Positions 52,461-64,000 of a DNA stretch of 64,000 bases are shown here, piece by piece. This DNA is from Malacoraja senta (Eukaryota). A program made the position numbers and the translations under genes. Where the stretch lies: assembly GCA_038087875.1 (NCBI GenBank), contig CM075996.1, forward strand, positions 8,062,001 through 8,126,000, in the 5' to 3' direction. A model generated the notes under the pieces. The model saw only the letters and a list, made by a program, of their open reading frames with translations, was not told the DNA's origin and did not search any database. The number at the start of each line of letters is the position of its first letter. Position 1 is the first letter of the stretch.

Positions 52461-54339
52461 CTGGAACAAAGGATATTTTTCCTGCTTTATTCATCTTTTA
52501 ACCCATTCCTCTCCCACCCATTCTGGTACAACATCCTCATACTGTTTCCGAATGAAACGTAGTTGCTATTCGTCTATTATTCAGTAAGTATTAGGCCAAT
52601 ATCTACAAATACAAAATATGGGGAAAAAGTACATTATGTGAAATATACCCATTAAAAAAAGGAAAACACTAGTTTACAAGCAAAGTATTATCATTTACAA
52701 TTGAATAGCATTCTAGGGAAAAGTTAGTGCATTATGCTCATTACAATGTTTGCTTTTACAGTGAACTGAACAGTCTCAAGGTGGCAAACCAAGGAGCATG
52801 CAGGAGCAATGCAAAACAAAGATTAAGTAAAAAGGATCTGCAATGGATTAAAATAATGATTTGAGCTAGCAAAGTCTGTGCTGAGAAAGAGGATCAATTA
52901 GCACAAGTAAGGGAGGTGATTAAGTTACAAGGTGGCAGGCAGGAGGTTCACACTACTGATCTAGAAGCATGAACTTGGAACCTAGCAGTGACAACTGGGA
53001 CATTCAAATTGAGATCCACATTTAAGGTCATATGTAATAGGAGCAGAATTAGGTCAATCAATCGTGGCTGATCTATCTCTCCCCCTTAACGCAATTCTCC
53101 TGTCTTCTCCACATAACCCCCGACACCCGTACTAATCAAACATTTATCTATCTCTGCCTTTAAAATAACCATTGACTTGGCCTTCACAGGCAAAGAATTC
53201 CACAGATTCACCGCCCTCTGACTAAAGAAATTCCTTTGCATCTCCTTCCGAAAGGAAAGTCCTTTAATTCTGAGGCTATGACTTCTAGCCCTACTCTCCC
53301 ACTAGTGGAAACACCCTCTCCACATCCACTCTATCCAAGCCTTTCACTATTCGGTACGTTTCAATGAGGTCCCCCCTCATTCTTCTAAACTACAGAGAGT
53401 ACAGGCCTAGTGTCGTCAAATGCTCATCGTAAGTTAATCCACTCATTCCTGGGATCATTCTTGTAAACCTCCTATGGACCCTGTCCAAGGCCAGCACAAG
53501 GACTCCAATAGGAGATCGGCTGTTCCAGCCGTCCTAGCCGCTGCGTGGACTCTCCCAACGCAACTCCACCCGGCGAGAACGGCCAGGAACATCGGGCCTC
53601 CGTAGAGGCAACCGTGGAGGCCTCAATAGGCCTGACTTTGGGTGAACTGGGGTTGGGGACTGGACATTGTGCCTTCCCCCACAGTGGTAATCATTGTGGG
53701 GGGGTGATTTTTTTTTTTTTGTGTGTGTGTAAATGATATTTTATTTTGTGTCCAAGATGGCTGCCGGAGGGGAGAGTGGACGCTGGCGCACTTTAGCAGC
53801 CGCTGCTCTCTCTTCCATATTGTGTTTTTGATTTTTGTTTTTGGACTGAATTCTCTCTTTAATTTGTGTACTCGTGATGTCTTTACTATTTATTTCATTC
53901 CGCTTACATGTTTCTACTATTTGTTAAACTTTGTAAGGTGTCCTTGAGACTTTTGAAAGGCGCCCATAAATAAAATTTATTATTATTATTATTATTATTC
54001 CTTTTTGGAGTATTGTGGCCAAAATTGCTCACAATACTCCAAATGTGGCCTGCCCAGCGTATAGAGCTTTAGCATCACTTCCCTGTTTTTGTATTCAAGC
54101 ACTCTTGAAATAAATGCTAGCTCTCAATTGTGCATCTCAAATTTAACTAAATAAATATGGAATTTAAAACAAAGCTAATCATAAACATGCATCTGAGAAA
54201 TACTTCCTGTTGACCTCAACTGTTGTTGAGACTCCTTATTGTCGACGGAGATGTAAACGGACTACTCTCACCCCTAACATAGAACATCAAAATATGATAA
54301 GATCAGTTCTGGGAATTCCAGATACAGTTTGAAGGAAAA

Positions 54340-56300
54340 CACCCATGGGTCCAAAACCAGTATCCTCAGCTTAAATAAAGGCAATTGCAAAGGTATAAGG
54401 AACAAGATGTCCAGAGTGTACTGGGTAAACAGATTAAAGGGAAGGTCAGTAGATGAGCAGTGACAGATATTTAAGCAGCATTACCCCCCCAGTAGAAATT
54501 ATCCTAATCAGAAAGAGTGACTCAGTGAGAAAAAACAGACCATTGTGGTTAACAATGGAAGTCAAGGACAATATCGTCAAAAACTAGAGCACAGAAAGTG
54601 GCAAAAGCTTGTGATAAACCAGAAAACCAGGGATTTTTTAGGAATCAGCAGCAAGACACTCAAAACTATGAAGAAAGGAATCAAATGATTATTAAATAAA
54701 ACCAGCAAGTAATACCCAAAACAAAAAATAACACAAAGTGCTGGTGTAAATCAGTGAGTCAGGCAACATATCTGGACGACATATATGTTTCAGTCTGAAC
54801 AAGGGTCCCAAAATGTCATCTATCCATGTCCTCCTGCCTAACTTGCTGAGTTACTCCAGCACTTAGTTTTTTTCTTGTTAACCAGCATCTGCAGTTCCTT
54901 GCGTCTCCAATTCCCAAAACAAGCATAAACAATTTCGACAGATATATAAAAATGAAGATCGTAGCCAAACTAAGTGTTGTATCCCTGGACTGCAAGACTG
55001 AGGAATTAATAATGGGGAGCAAGGAAATGGCAGATAATTTAAACCAATACTTTATATCTGTCTTTAAGGAGGAAGGGGCCAAAGATAATAACTGAGATTG
55101 TATGAAATAGGATGGACAAAATTCACAATCCCTATCATGAGAGTCAAGCTAATGGAACCAAAGGCAGACAAGTCACCAAGACCCCATGAATTAGTTCCAG
55201 GAACTTTAGTGGAAAAGTGGCTGCAACAATAGTAAAACACTCGGTTGAAGTTATTCAAAGATCATCTAGCTTCAGGAGTGTACCAATGCATGGTAAAACC
55301 GCAAATATGATTCTGTTTCAGAAGAACCAGACAAAGAAGGAAGACAAGAAGCAAGCAACTATGGGCTAGTTTTCTTAATAACCATTGTTGGTAAAATGGC
55401 GAGGAAGAAATAACTAGTCATTTTGTGAAGGGCAATGCAATCACACCAATGCAACAAGGTTTCATGAAAGGACTATCATATTTGGCAAATTTCCTTTAGT
55501 TCAAGGATGTAACATGCAGCGAAGATAAGAGGAATCCCGTAGATCAATTTAACAAAAATAATTTGATACGGTGGATCATAAAGGTTGGTGCATTACAGCT
55601 CACAATTTTTATGGAAATGTGTAACTGCAGATTTATTGGTTTTTGCATAGAAGACAGAGAATCAGAATAAATCAGACTGGAGGATGCAATTAGTGGAATG
55701 TTATAGAGTCAAGTCAAGAGAGTTTATTGTCATGTGTCCCAGATAGGACAATGAAATTCTTGCTTGCTGCAGCACAACAGAATATTGTAAGCAAATATTA
55801 AGTTTGAGGTCATGCACTTCAGTAGGGGTAATCAAAAGGCAGTATAATATGTAAATAGAGAGACTGAAAATGAGTGAAGTAGAGAGAATCTTGGTGTTCT
55901 AGCCATGAAATACAAAAAGCTATCAAGTAATCAGAAAAGCAAATGGCATTTTGCCTTTATTGGAACTTGAGTTTAAAAATAGAGAATTATTGTTACAACT
56001 GTAAAGGTTGCTGTGAGGCTACACTTGGAGTACTGTGTACCGTTGTATGATAAGGAAGTGGTTATTTAAAACTGAAGTGCGTATGAATTTATTTTTGAAG
56101 GGAGTGCAAATGTCTGGAATTCTCTACCCATGGTTATGGATGCCTGATCACGAGAGGTTTTTAAATATGTTAAGTAGATATGTGTTTGAAAGATTGGGCT
56201 ATGTGGAACTGGCACAGAAAAGTTGAGGCCAGAGGCATATCTGCCATGATTACAGTGAGCAGCAGGGCAGATTTGAGGGGCCTGGTCTATAAGGCGCATG
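54340..56300 (+). mobile_element. Long, highly degenerate CR1 ORF2 remnant in a LUC7L2 intron
   Basis: Scattered remnants (KEMADNLNQYF.SVF, DKSP.P, QQGFMKG, KANGIL, LQL...RLHLEYCV) with many stops and frameshifts. Confidence 0.65.
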
Positions 56301-57133
56301 CTCCAACTTTGTATTCCTTTGAACAGAATGTTTGTGAACAATCTATTGGTGAAGAGATACTATTTTTGATGTTTCTTCCGAATACTTTTCATCTTTTACG
56401 AGTCTAAGCCTTCAGGTTAGAAATGGTCTGGTTGTGGGTATTACATACCTGAACTAGCTCCCTTTTAAATAAGAAAAAATTGTAACATTAGAACTGAGAT
56501 GTAACATTGACTATAATATCAAACATAATTGGCCTTGGTTTACAATGAACCAATCTATTTAGATATTGGCTACTGTGAAGGTGGGTACCTTAAAAAGGAG
56601 AAACAAAGACAGACTGTCCACTTTGGCAGAAGCAGTCTGTAAACACCTCAATTTGTCTTAACCATCCACGTGTTGGGGTTATTGTAGACCCAACTGAGTA
56701 CATGCATATGTTTACAACCGGATTCAGATGTTAAACTTGTTTCATAGTCTCAACTGTGATGAGAATTTCGCACCAAGGATACTTTAAAGCCCATTTTAAT
56801 GACAGGCCTTTAATGATTGAACCTAGCTGTTAAGAACCAAACCCTGAACAGTAATTAAAACTACTTGAGATTAGACATCTTTACAATGGGTTTAACTGTT
56901 TGGCCTTCAGTTGCATGCTGAAGATAGATGTTAAACCAGGGTAGATTGTGTCTTTATTGCTAGTGTGTGCAGGAATAAAGATAATATTTGTGCATTTTTG
57001 TACTTCATTGTCACTACATGGCTTTGCAATATCCCAGTGCTACTACTTAAATCTCATTTCCCCCCCCCCCCCCCGTCTTCATATCCTAGCTTCAAATAAT
57101 TAATTTAGCCAGGAATTTAAAAAGAAAACATAC

Positions 57134-57163
57134 CTCTTCTGTTCCCTGCTGCGAGACCGGGTC
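57134..57163 (-). CDS. LUC7L2: LUC7L2 30-nt micro-exon (TRSRSREQK-R)
   Basis: Acceptor attgcag| and donor GAG|gtatgt. Keeps the frame between the flanking exons and corresponds to the short RSRSHSKNPKR segment of mammalian LUC7L2. Confidence 0.88.
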
Positions 57164-59630
57164 CTGCAATATCAGGGTAAGATTATTAATATTGAAGGTA
57201 AAAAGACCATTGGCTACATCAATGAATCTAATGTTATACAGTAAAACTGTTCGAGATCCCCTTGGTGAGAATTCTAGATGAGAATTATGCTCTGACCCAA
57301 AGCTTAATATATTTGCTTTGGAAAGAACTGCAGATGCTGGTATAAATCGTAGGTAGACAGAAAATGCTGGAGTAACTCAACAGGACAGGAAGCATCTCTG
57401 GAGAGAAGGAATGGGTAACGTTTTGGGTCTCAAAATGAATGAATGAATAAGTTTATTGGCCAAGTATTCACTTACAAGGAATTTGCCTTGGTGCTCTGCC
57501 CGCTAGTGACAACATAACATACAGTGACAGTTAGGAATGACAAATAAAACATAATTGATTAAACATGTGAATTAAATAAAATACCAGAGCAAAAGGAGGC
57601 TACAGATTTTTGGTTATTGAGTAGAGCTACTACTCGTGGTACAAAAAGCTGTTTTTATGTCTGGCTGTGGCAGCTTTGACAGTCTGGAGTTGCCTTCCAA
57701 AGGGAAGTGATTCAAAGAGTTTGTGGCCAGGGAGAGAGGGGTCAGAGATGATCTTACCCGCTCGCTTCCTGGCCCTTGCAGGGTACAGTAGATAAAACAT
57801 ATCTACGTAATTTTTTGAGACCCGAAACGTCACCCATTCCTTCTCTCCAGAGATACTGCCTGTCCAGTTACTCCAGCATTTACTGTCTACCTTTAATATA
57901 TTTGCTACCATTTTACACAGAATCCATCAAATTGTTATATCGCAAAAAAAAATAATTGGCAGTTGAGCAGCAATGATAAAATTAGCTATTGTGATCTTAA
58001 AGGCAAAATGGTAGAGATAGGGGTGGGAGATTGCAACCTTCAAGTGGTCCACCGTTTCATCAAATTCAATCAACCTGGCGTGCACAAACAGTAGATCAAA
58101 CAGAACAAGTTGTCTTACAACTTTAGGCTGTGCACGCCATACACAAGAAGAAGAAGTAGAGATAGATTTTTAAATGCAACAATTTCAAGATTTTCTTTCA
58201 TGAGAAGGGTATAAAGCATACAGCATTAACATAATGGTCTACACAACACTAGCTGTTGTTTTAACTCGGGTATTTCAGTGATGGCAGAAAGTATTGCCTG
58301 GGAGCTAGTCGAAAACTACTGCCAGGGCAAAATTTATTTGTCAGATCTGATTTTAAACCAGGGAACCCATCAGTATTCTCAGGAGAATGTACAGGATTTC
58401 AAGCAACTATGACTTCACCCTGATGTCCTGTCAAATATTTAATTCTATAACATATTACATCATTAAAAGGGAGTATCTCATCATACATCACAACATAGCC
58501 TATGAGATACTGCCGGGTAAAGTTTGTTTCACATACATTATATTTTTCTACCTTGAATCAGTAGTTCAATATTCTATACACATTATTTAGAAACTAAAAA
58601 ATCAAAATGGCCTTTACTGCCGGGGTGGGATTTGAATACAATAAAAAATGGTACTTTGGTTGACTGTGGCTTGCACAGGCTACACCTGAAAATTCTGCCT
58701 AAATTAGCAAAAGCTGATGTACAGATTTATTATACATATGGATGTCAAAATCTCTGCCTCATCGCAATTCCTAATGCGTTGTCATTCATTCAAAATTTTC
58801 TAGCATGTCTCCTTGAGTGAGCTCACACTTCCTCCATTTGTCCCAGTTCAATCGACACGCGATCATTTATGCCCATTATATAACTTTTTCTCTTCAATGT
58901 ATGCAATATAGCTTGCCTCCTGATTGTGTCATCTTCAAACCTAGACAAATGTAGACCTTTGAAGCAGCTTGCCACAAGGAGAATACATTGACCATTTCTA
59001 TTCTGTTACTTATCTCTTAATCAATGACCCGCATCATTTTTATATCCTACATTCACAAATACCCAACTGTAACAAGATTATTTCTATTTCTGCAAATTTT
59101 AAATGTTCCAACTCTCCATTGTGAAATCTAATCAAATGCCTTCTATGAGTTCTCATAGATAACACCCACAGAGACTCCCCCCATATGCAATCTATTAGCT
59201 GCCTCATGAAAGAAATCAATTTGTAAATATGACTTGCTCGTCTAAAATCTAGACTTGTTTTGACAGCTGAAAGAATGGAGACAGTCAGTAAAAGAGAATC
59301 GAGTAGTGTTGCAAGGTAAGACTTAGGTTGGGTGGCAAACATAAAGATCAGTAAGAATCTCAAGGACCAGAATCTATTTTACCAGAAAATTATTCAACCT
59401 TGAAAGAGTACAATTTGGCGGAGGAAGAACATAATGGCATACAAACACTGGGATCAGAATGGAAAGGAAGGAAACAATCAAATCAGGATGAAAGAGGCAA
59501 CAAAAGGATTGCACAGGTTGAAGAATCCCCAAAGGGACACCAACATCCATTGAAGGAAATTTATTTGCACAGAAATAGTCAACACTGGTGTTGTTACCAC
59601 TGCAAGTAATAAATAACACAAGCCACTAAC

Positions 59631-59719
59631 TTTCTTTTCATCCGTTCCTCTTTTTCCCTCTCCTCTCTTCTTTTCAGACGCTCCTGTGTCCTTTTTTCCT
59701 GTTTCTCAGCGACAAGTTT
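59631..59719 (-). CDS. LUC7L2: LUC7L2 internal exon (KLVAEKQEKRTQERLKRREEREKEERMKR-K); upstream exons lie outside the window
   Basis: Acceptor tttttatgtgcag| and donor AAA|gttagt; 89 nt. Matches the remembered LUC7-family segment VAEKQEKRNQERLKRREERE. Confidence 0.93.
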
Positions 59720-62496
59720 CTGCACATAAAAAAAGGACAGGATTTCAACAACTAAATAAATTGGTGGATTAAATCAAGATCACTGGAGAATATGGCAAAA
59801 TGTAAGGGATCAATAATATGAATATACCTTTCCTGAATAAATCAAATGTTCGGAAGATTCACAGAGAGTGGTGAGTCTGTGGAATTCTCTGCCTCAGAGG
59901 GCGGTGGATGCCGGTTCTCTGGATGCTTTCAAGAGAGAGCTAGATAGGGCTCTTAAAAATAGCGGAGTCAGGGGATATGGGGAGAAGGCAGGAACAGGGT
60001 ACTGATTGGGGATGATCAGCCATGATCACACTGAATGGCTCGAAGGGCCAAATGGTCTACTCCTGCACCTATTGTCTATTCAAGCACTTCACTTAAAAGT
60101 ATAAAAAGGTAATCTGGAAAACAGGCAAACTTCTTGGACAATTGTCCAACATGGTTTTGGTTCTGGTGAAGCGGTCAATGGCACTGAACCTCCTAATCCG
60201 AGTTCATTGCTGTAGCGCATGCGGGCCAAGGACATATTTTACCCCAACTGTCTTATGTTCATTTTTCCATAATTGAATTCCTTAGATTTCTCTGCACCAG
60301 ATGTAAATGATAGTTGCAGATGCTGGAAAATCAAAGGTAGACAAAAGTGCTGGAGACACTCAGCGGGTGCGGCAGCATCTATAGAGCGAAGGAAATAGGC
60401 AACGTTTCGGGCCGAAACCCTTCTTAATCCAGTTACATTTGATCCGTTATGGTCACTGAAGGCTCTTCACATAGGACGCTTTTTATTTTCGTGATCATTG
60501 CAAATTTTGATACTGCTCATCAATGGTCACTTCAGATAAATTATATATAAATGTCCAAGGAGATTTTTTTAAATAAAAAATCTCTTCAATTCATAATACA
60601 GACTATTAACTACTGTCTGCCTTTTTATTAATCTTCAATTAACATGCTTATGCACTTCCTTTAATACAATGGAAAATGTCACACACCCCAGGCCTTTGTA
60701 AATTTATTTTCACCATTTAATAGGAATCTGAGGGGTAACTTTTTCCACACATGGGTGTATGGAATGAGCTGCCAGAGGAGGTTGTTGAGGCAGGGACTAT
60801 CCCAGTTTAAGAAACTAGTTGGACAGGTACACGGATAGGACAGGTTTGGCGGGATATGGGCCAAATGCGAGCAGGTGGAGCTAGTGTAGCTGGGACATTT
60901 TGGCCGGTGTGGGCAAGTTGGGCAGAAGGGCCTGTTTCCATGCTGCATGACTAATATCCAGGGTCTTTTAGAAATGCAGTGTTTCTTGAAAGCACACCAA
61001 TTACTCAGCCATTAGAAATTCTAGTGATATTACACATGGTTTATCTCCATTTAGACAAGGGAGGCTTGCAGGTAGTGCTGCTGCACAATCTAACTACACG
61101 GGTTGGATTAGGACCTTGTGTGCTGACCTGTGGACCCGGCATGATCTTCCTGTGATGGTATAGGTTATCCCCAGTGCTCCAATTTCCTGCCTCAACCCAG
61201 AGGTTCTGGTAGGTAAACCTGAGACTGCAAGTTATTCTTGTGTAGGTGGACAGGAGAAATGTTTGGAGATGGGAGAGGGTGGACATGTGAGAAAGTAGAC
61301 TGTTGAGGAATGAGAATGAGAGAAATATCTGAAGATACCAATGGCTTGAGAGGTCAAATTTCTCCTATCTCATAGGAAGTTTAGTCTGACAGCTTGTTAG
61401 CCCTCAGGCACACCTTATTATTCAAGGATGTCTAAAAAGGACAGTAGCCATTGTCTGTGCTACTTCTTCTTTACATTCTATTCGCAGTTTAGACGCAGTC
61501 TTTTCACTAAGGTCCATGCGTATTTCAATGCCATTTATTCACGTCTATTCAATGCCTCCTTTTCGATTCCAAATGTGGCGTTACCAAAGAAAGCATAGAT
61601 GATTTTATACCTTTATCATCATTTTTTTCATCTTTATAGTTTAAAAGGATCATGAGAACAGGGCCTTGGTGAGTTTAAAGGGTTCTGAAGAAAGAGATTC
61701 CACTGAGGTTAAAATGAGTGCAGGAACAAAAAAAGAAATATTTTGCATTTCTAAATAGCTATCCTACTATAATTCTATGTTATGTATTTATCATTTTTAT
61801 TTTGAAAAAAATAAAATTGAAGTGAATGTTCCTTTTTCCTTCTAGGATTTTTTTCTTCCCCTGTTCTAATTGGACTCTTATTATCTGGTATTGGCAGTAC
61901 CAGACTTATGGTATGTCCCCAGCTCACTGTACTATAATTACTCATTCAATATTAGTGTTCACATTGAATTGAAAATATTTTGGAACCTATAATGACATTT
62001 CTAATCCTATTATATTGGACTAATTACAGAGCAAGCATCGGGCTCAAATATCCCCGTTTGAACTACATTATAACTCCATAAATCTGCTATCAGATTGTTT
62101 GGAGATCCTGAACGTTTAGCATTTGGCTCACCAGCTGCATTTCTATCGCAAACTTTAAGCCCTGTTCCTGCACTTCTTTTAACCTCATTGGAATCTTTCT
62201 TATGCTCCGTTTTCCTCGCGTGAGCCCTGTTCTCATAATCCTTTTAAACTTGTTAAAGAAGGAACTGCAGATGCTGGAAAATCGAAGGTACACAAAAATG
62301 CTGGAGAAACTCAGCGGGTGCAGCAGCATCTATGGAGCGAAGGAAATAGGCAACGTTTCGGGCCGAAACCCTTCTTCAGACTGATAGGGGGTGGGGAGAA
62401 GAAAGGAAAAAAGGAAAAAGGCGGAGGAGGAGCCCGAGGGCTGGGGGAGGGGAGGAGACAACCAGAGCGCTGATGAAGGGGAGGGGACAGCAAGGG

Positions 62497-63372
62497 CTAG
62501 CAGAATTGGGAGAATTCAATGTTCAAGCCCCCAGGATGTAGACTGCCCAAGCGGAATATGAGGTGCATTTCCTCCAATTTACGGTGTTGCTCGCTGTGGC
62601 CATGGAGGAGACCCAGGACAGAGAGGTCAGATACGGAATGGGAGGGGGAGTTGAAGTGCTGAGCCACCGGGAGGTCAAGTTGGTTATTGCGGACCGACCG
62701 GAGGTGTTCGGCGAAACGATCGCCAAGCCTCCGCTTGGTCTCACCGATGTAGATCAGCTGGCATCTAGAGCAGCTAATGCAATAGATGAGGTTGGAGGAG
62801 ATGCAGGTGAACCTCTGTCGCACCTGGAACGACTGCTTGGGTCCTTGAATGGAGTGGAGGGGGGAGGTGAAGGGACAAGTGTTGCATCTCTTGCGGTTGC
62901 AAGGGAAAGTACCAGGGGAGGGGGTGGAATGGGAGGGAAGGGAAGAATTGACAAGGGAGTTACGGAGGGAGCGGTCTTTGTGGAAGGCAGACATGGGGGG
63001 AGATGGGAAGATGTGGCGAGTGGTGGGGTCACGTTGGAGGTGGCGAAACTGACGGAGGATCACTTGTTGTATGTGACGGCTGGTGGGGTGAAAGGTGAGG
63101 ACTAGGGGGACTCTGCCCTTGTTGTGAGTGGGGGGATGGGGAGAGAGAGCAGTGTTGCGGGGTATGGCAGAGACCCTGGTGCGAGCCTCATCTATGGTGG
63201 AGGAGGGGAACCCCCGTTCCCTGAAGAATGAGGACATTTCAGATGCCCTGGTGTGGAACGCCTCATCCTGGGAGCAGATGCGGCGTAGACGGAGGAATTG
63301 GGAGTGGGGGATGGAGTCCTTACAGGAAGCAGGGTGGGAAGAAGTGTAGTCCAGATAGCCATGGGAGTCCAA
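62497..63372 (-). CDS. Partial PLE ORF: RT C-terminus plus GIY-YIG endonuclease (291 aa open, 5'-truncated)
   Basis: Motifs YLDYTSSHP..CK.SIP.SQFLRLRRICS, CNRKRCNTC, LIYCISCSRCQLIYIGETKRRLGDRFAEH, and LEE..IFRLGSLHPGGLN. Confidence 0.8.
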   Translation of the reverse strand: MDSHGYLDYTSSHPASCKDSIPHSQFLRLRRICSQDEAFHTRASEMSSFFRERGFPSSTIDEARTRVSAIPRNTALSPHPPTHNKGRVPLVLTFHPTSRHIQQVILRQFRHLQRDPTTRHIFPSPPMSAFHKDRSLRNSLVNSSLPSHSTPSPGTFPCNRKRCNTCPFTSPLHSIQGPKQSFQVRQRFTCISSNLIYCISCSRCQLIYIGETKRRLGDRFAEHLRSVRNNQLDLPVAQHFNSPSHSVSDLSVLGLLHGHSEQHRKLEEMHLIFRLGSLHPGGLNIEFSQFC

Positions 63373-63776
63373 TCCGCTGCTCTAGATGCCAGCTGATCTA
63401 CATCGGTGAGACCAAGCGGAGGCTTGGCGATCGTTTCGCCAAACACCTCCGGTCTGTCCGCAATAACCAACTTGACCTCCCGGTGGCTCAGCACTTCAAC
63501 TCCCCCTCCCATTCCATATCTGACCTCTCTGTCCTGGGTCTCCTCCATGGCCACAGCGAGCAACACCGTAAATTGGAGGAAATGCACCTCATATTCCGCT
63601 TGGGCAGTCTACATCCTGGGGGCTTGAACATTGAATTCTCCCAATTCTGCTAGCCCTTGCTGTCCCCTCCCCTTCATCAGCCCTCTGGTTGTCTCCTCCC
63701 CTCCCCCAGCCCTCAGGCTCCTCCTCCTCCCCCGCCTTTTTCCTTTTTTCCTTTCTTCTCCCCACCCCCTATCAGT

Positions 63777-63804
63777 CTGAAGAAGGGTTTCGGCCCGAAA
63801 CGTT
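63777..63804 (+). ncRNA. Minimal type-I hammerhead-ribozyme-like core in the PLE tail (mirror copy at 62352-62379, - strand)
   Basis: CUGAAGA-A-GGGU(UUCG)GCCC-GAAAC-GUU: conserved core boxes, a stem II hairpin and a palindromic ACGU stem III. PLEs are known to carry such minimal hammerheads. Activity untested. Confidence 0.6.
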
Positions 63805-64000
63805 GCCCATTTCCTTCGCTCCATAGATGCTGCTGCACCCGCTGAGTTTCTCCAGCATTTTTGTGTACCATCCTTTTAAACTTGTTATGTCCCTGTTCTG
63901 CATCCCCTTTGAACTTACCCTGGTTCACTGGAACATTTATGATACAGCTGTGCAACTTTTAAAAAATAATTATCAATGGGCGAAAAATCCAACAGTCCAA

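Larger units (their letters stand above)
62256..63869 (-). mobile_element. 5'-truncated Penelope-like retroelement (Neptune-like) with an inverted second arm
   Basis: Minus-strand ORF with RT C-terminal region, CxxxxCxxC linker and GIY-YIG nuclease. 63376-63869 is an inverted copy of ~62287-62774. Flanked by the 18-bp direct repeat ATCCTTTTAAACTTGTTA (62238-62255, 63870-63887). Confidence 0.9.

Noticed and set aside
52159..52494. 111-aa minus-strand ORF overlapping the RS exon
   Set aside because: An alternative frame of the LUC7L2 RS exon; splice phases support the RS frame.
62563..63105. 180-aa plus-strand ORF
   Set aside because: Antisense shadow of the PLE ORF.

Overview
Repeat-dense vertebrate genomic DNA, inferred to be from a cartilaginous fish, probably a skate or ray, based on the myoglobin sequence and the HE1-SINE/HER1-LINE-like repeats. 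It holds a complete three-exon myoglobin gene on the + strand (29204-29286, 36733-36952, 38388-38534; 149 aa) with Gln instead of His at distal position E7. Convergent with it on the - strand are the last four coding exons and 3' UTR of LUC7L2, whose 5' part lies beyond the right edge. A CpG-rich promoter built from a tandem GC-box/TALE-decamer/CCAAT module (~7560-8190) and one well-formed exon (3147-3225) suggest a third, unidentified gene running leftwards. The rest is mostly transposon debris: CR1, L2, Rex1 and Tx1-like LINE pieces, tRNA-derived SINEs, hAT and Harbinger elements, and a Penelope-like (PLE, GIY-YIG) element with an inverted arm and an 18-bp TSD. The most striking unexplained pattern is a set of miniature PLE-tail fold-back insertions carrying minimal hammerhead-ribozyme-like cores. 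Candidate poison exons are also visible in LUC7L2 introns. I found no CRISPR array, rRNA or true tRNA. There is a 200-N gap at 30840-31039. All family assignments come from reading the sequence and from memory, not from database searches.
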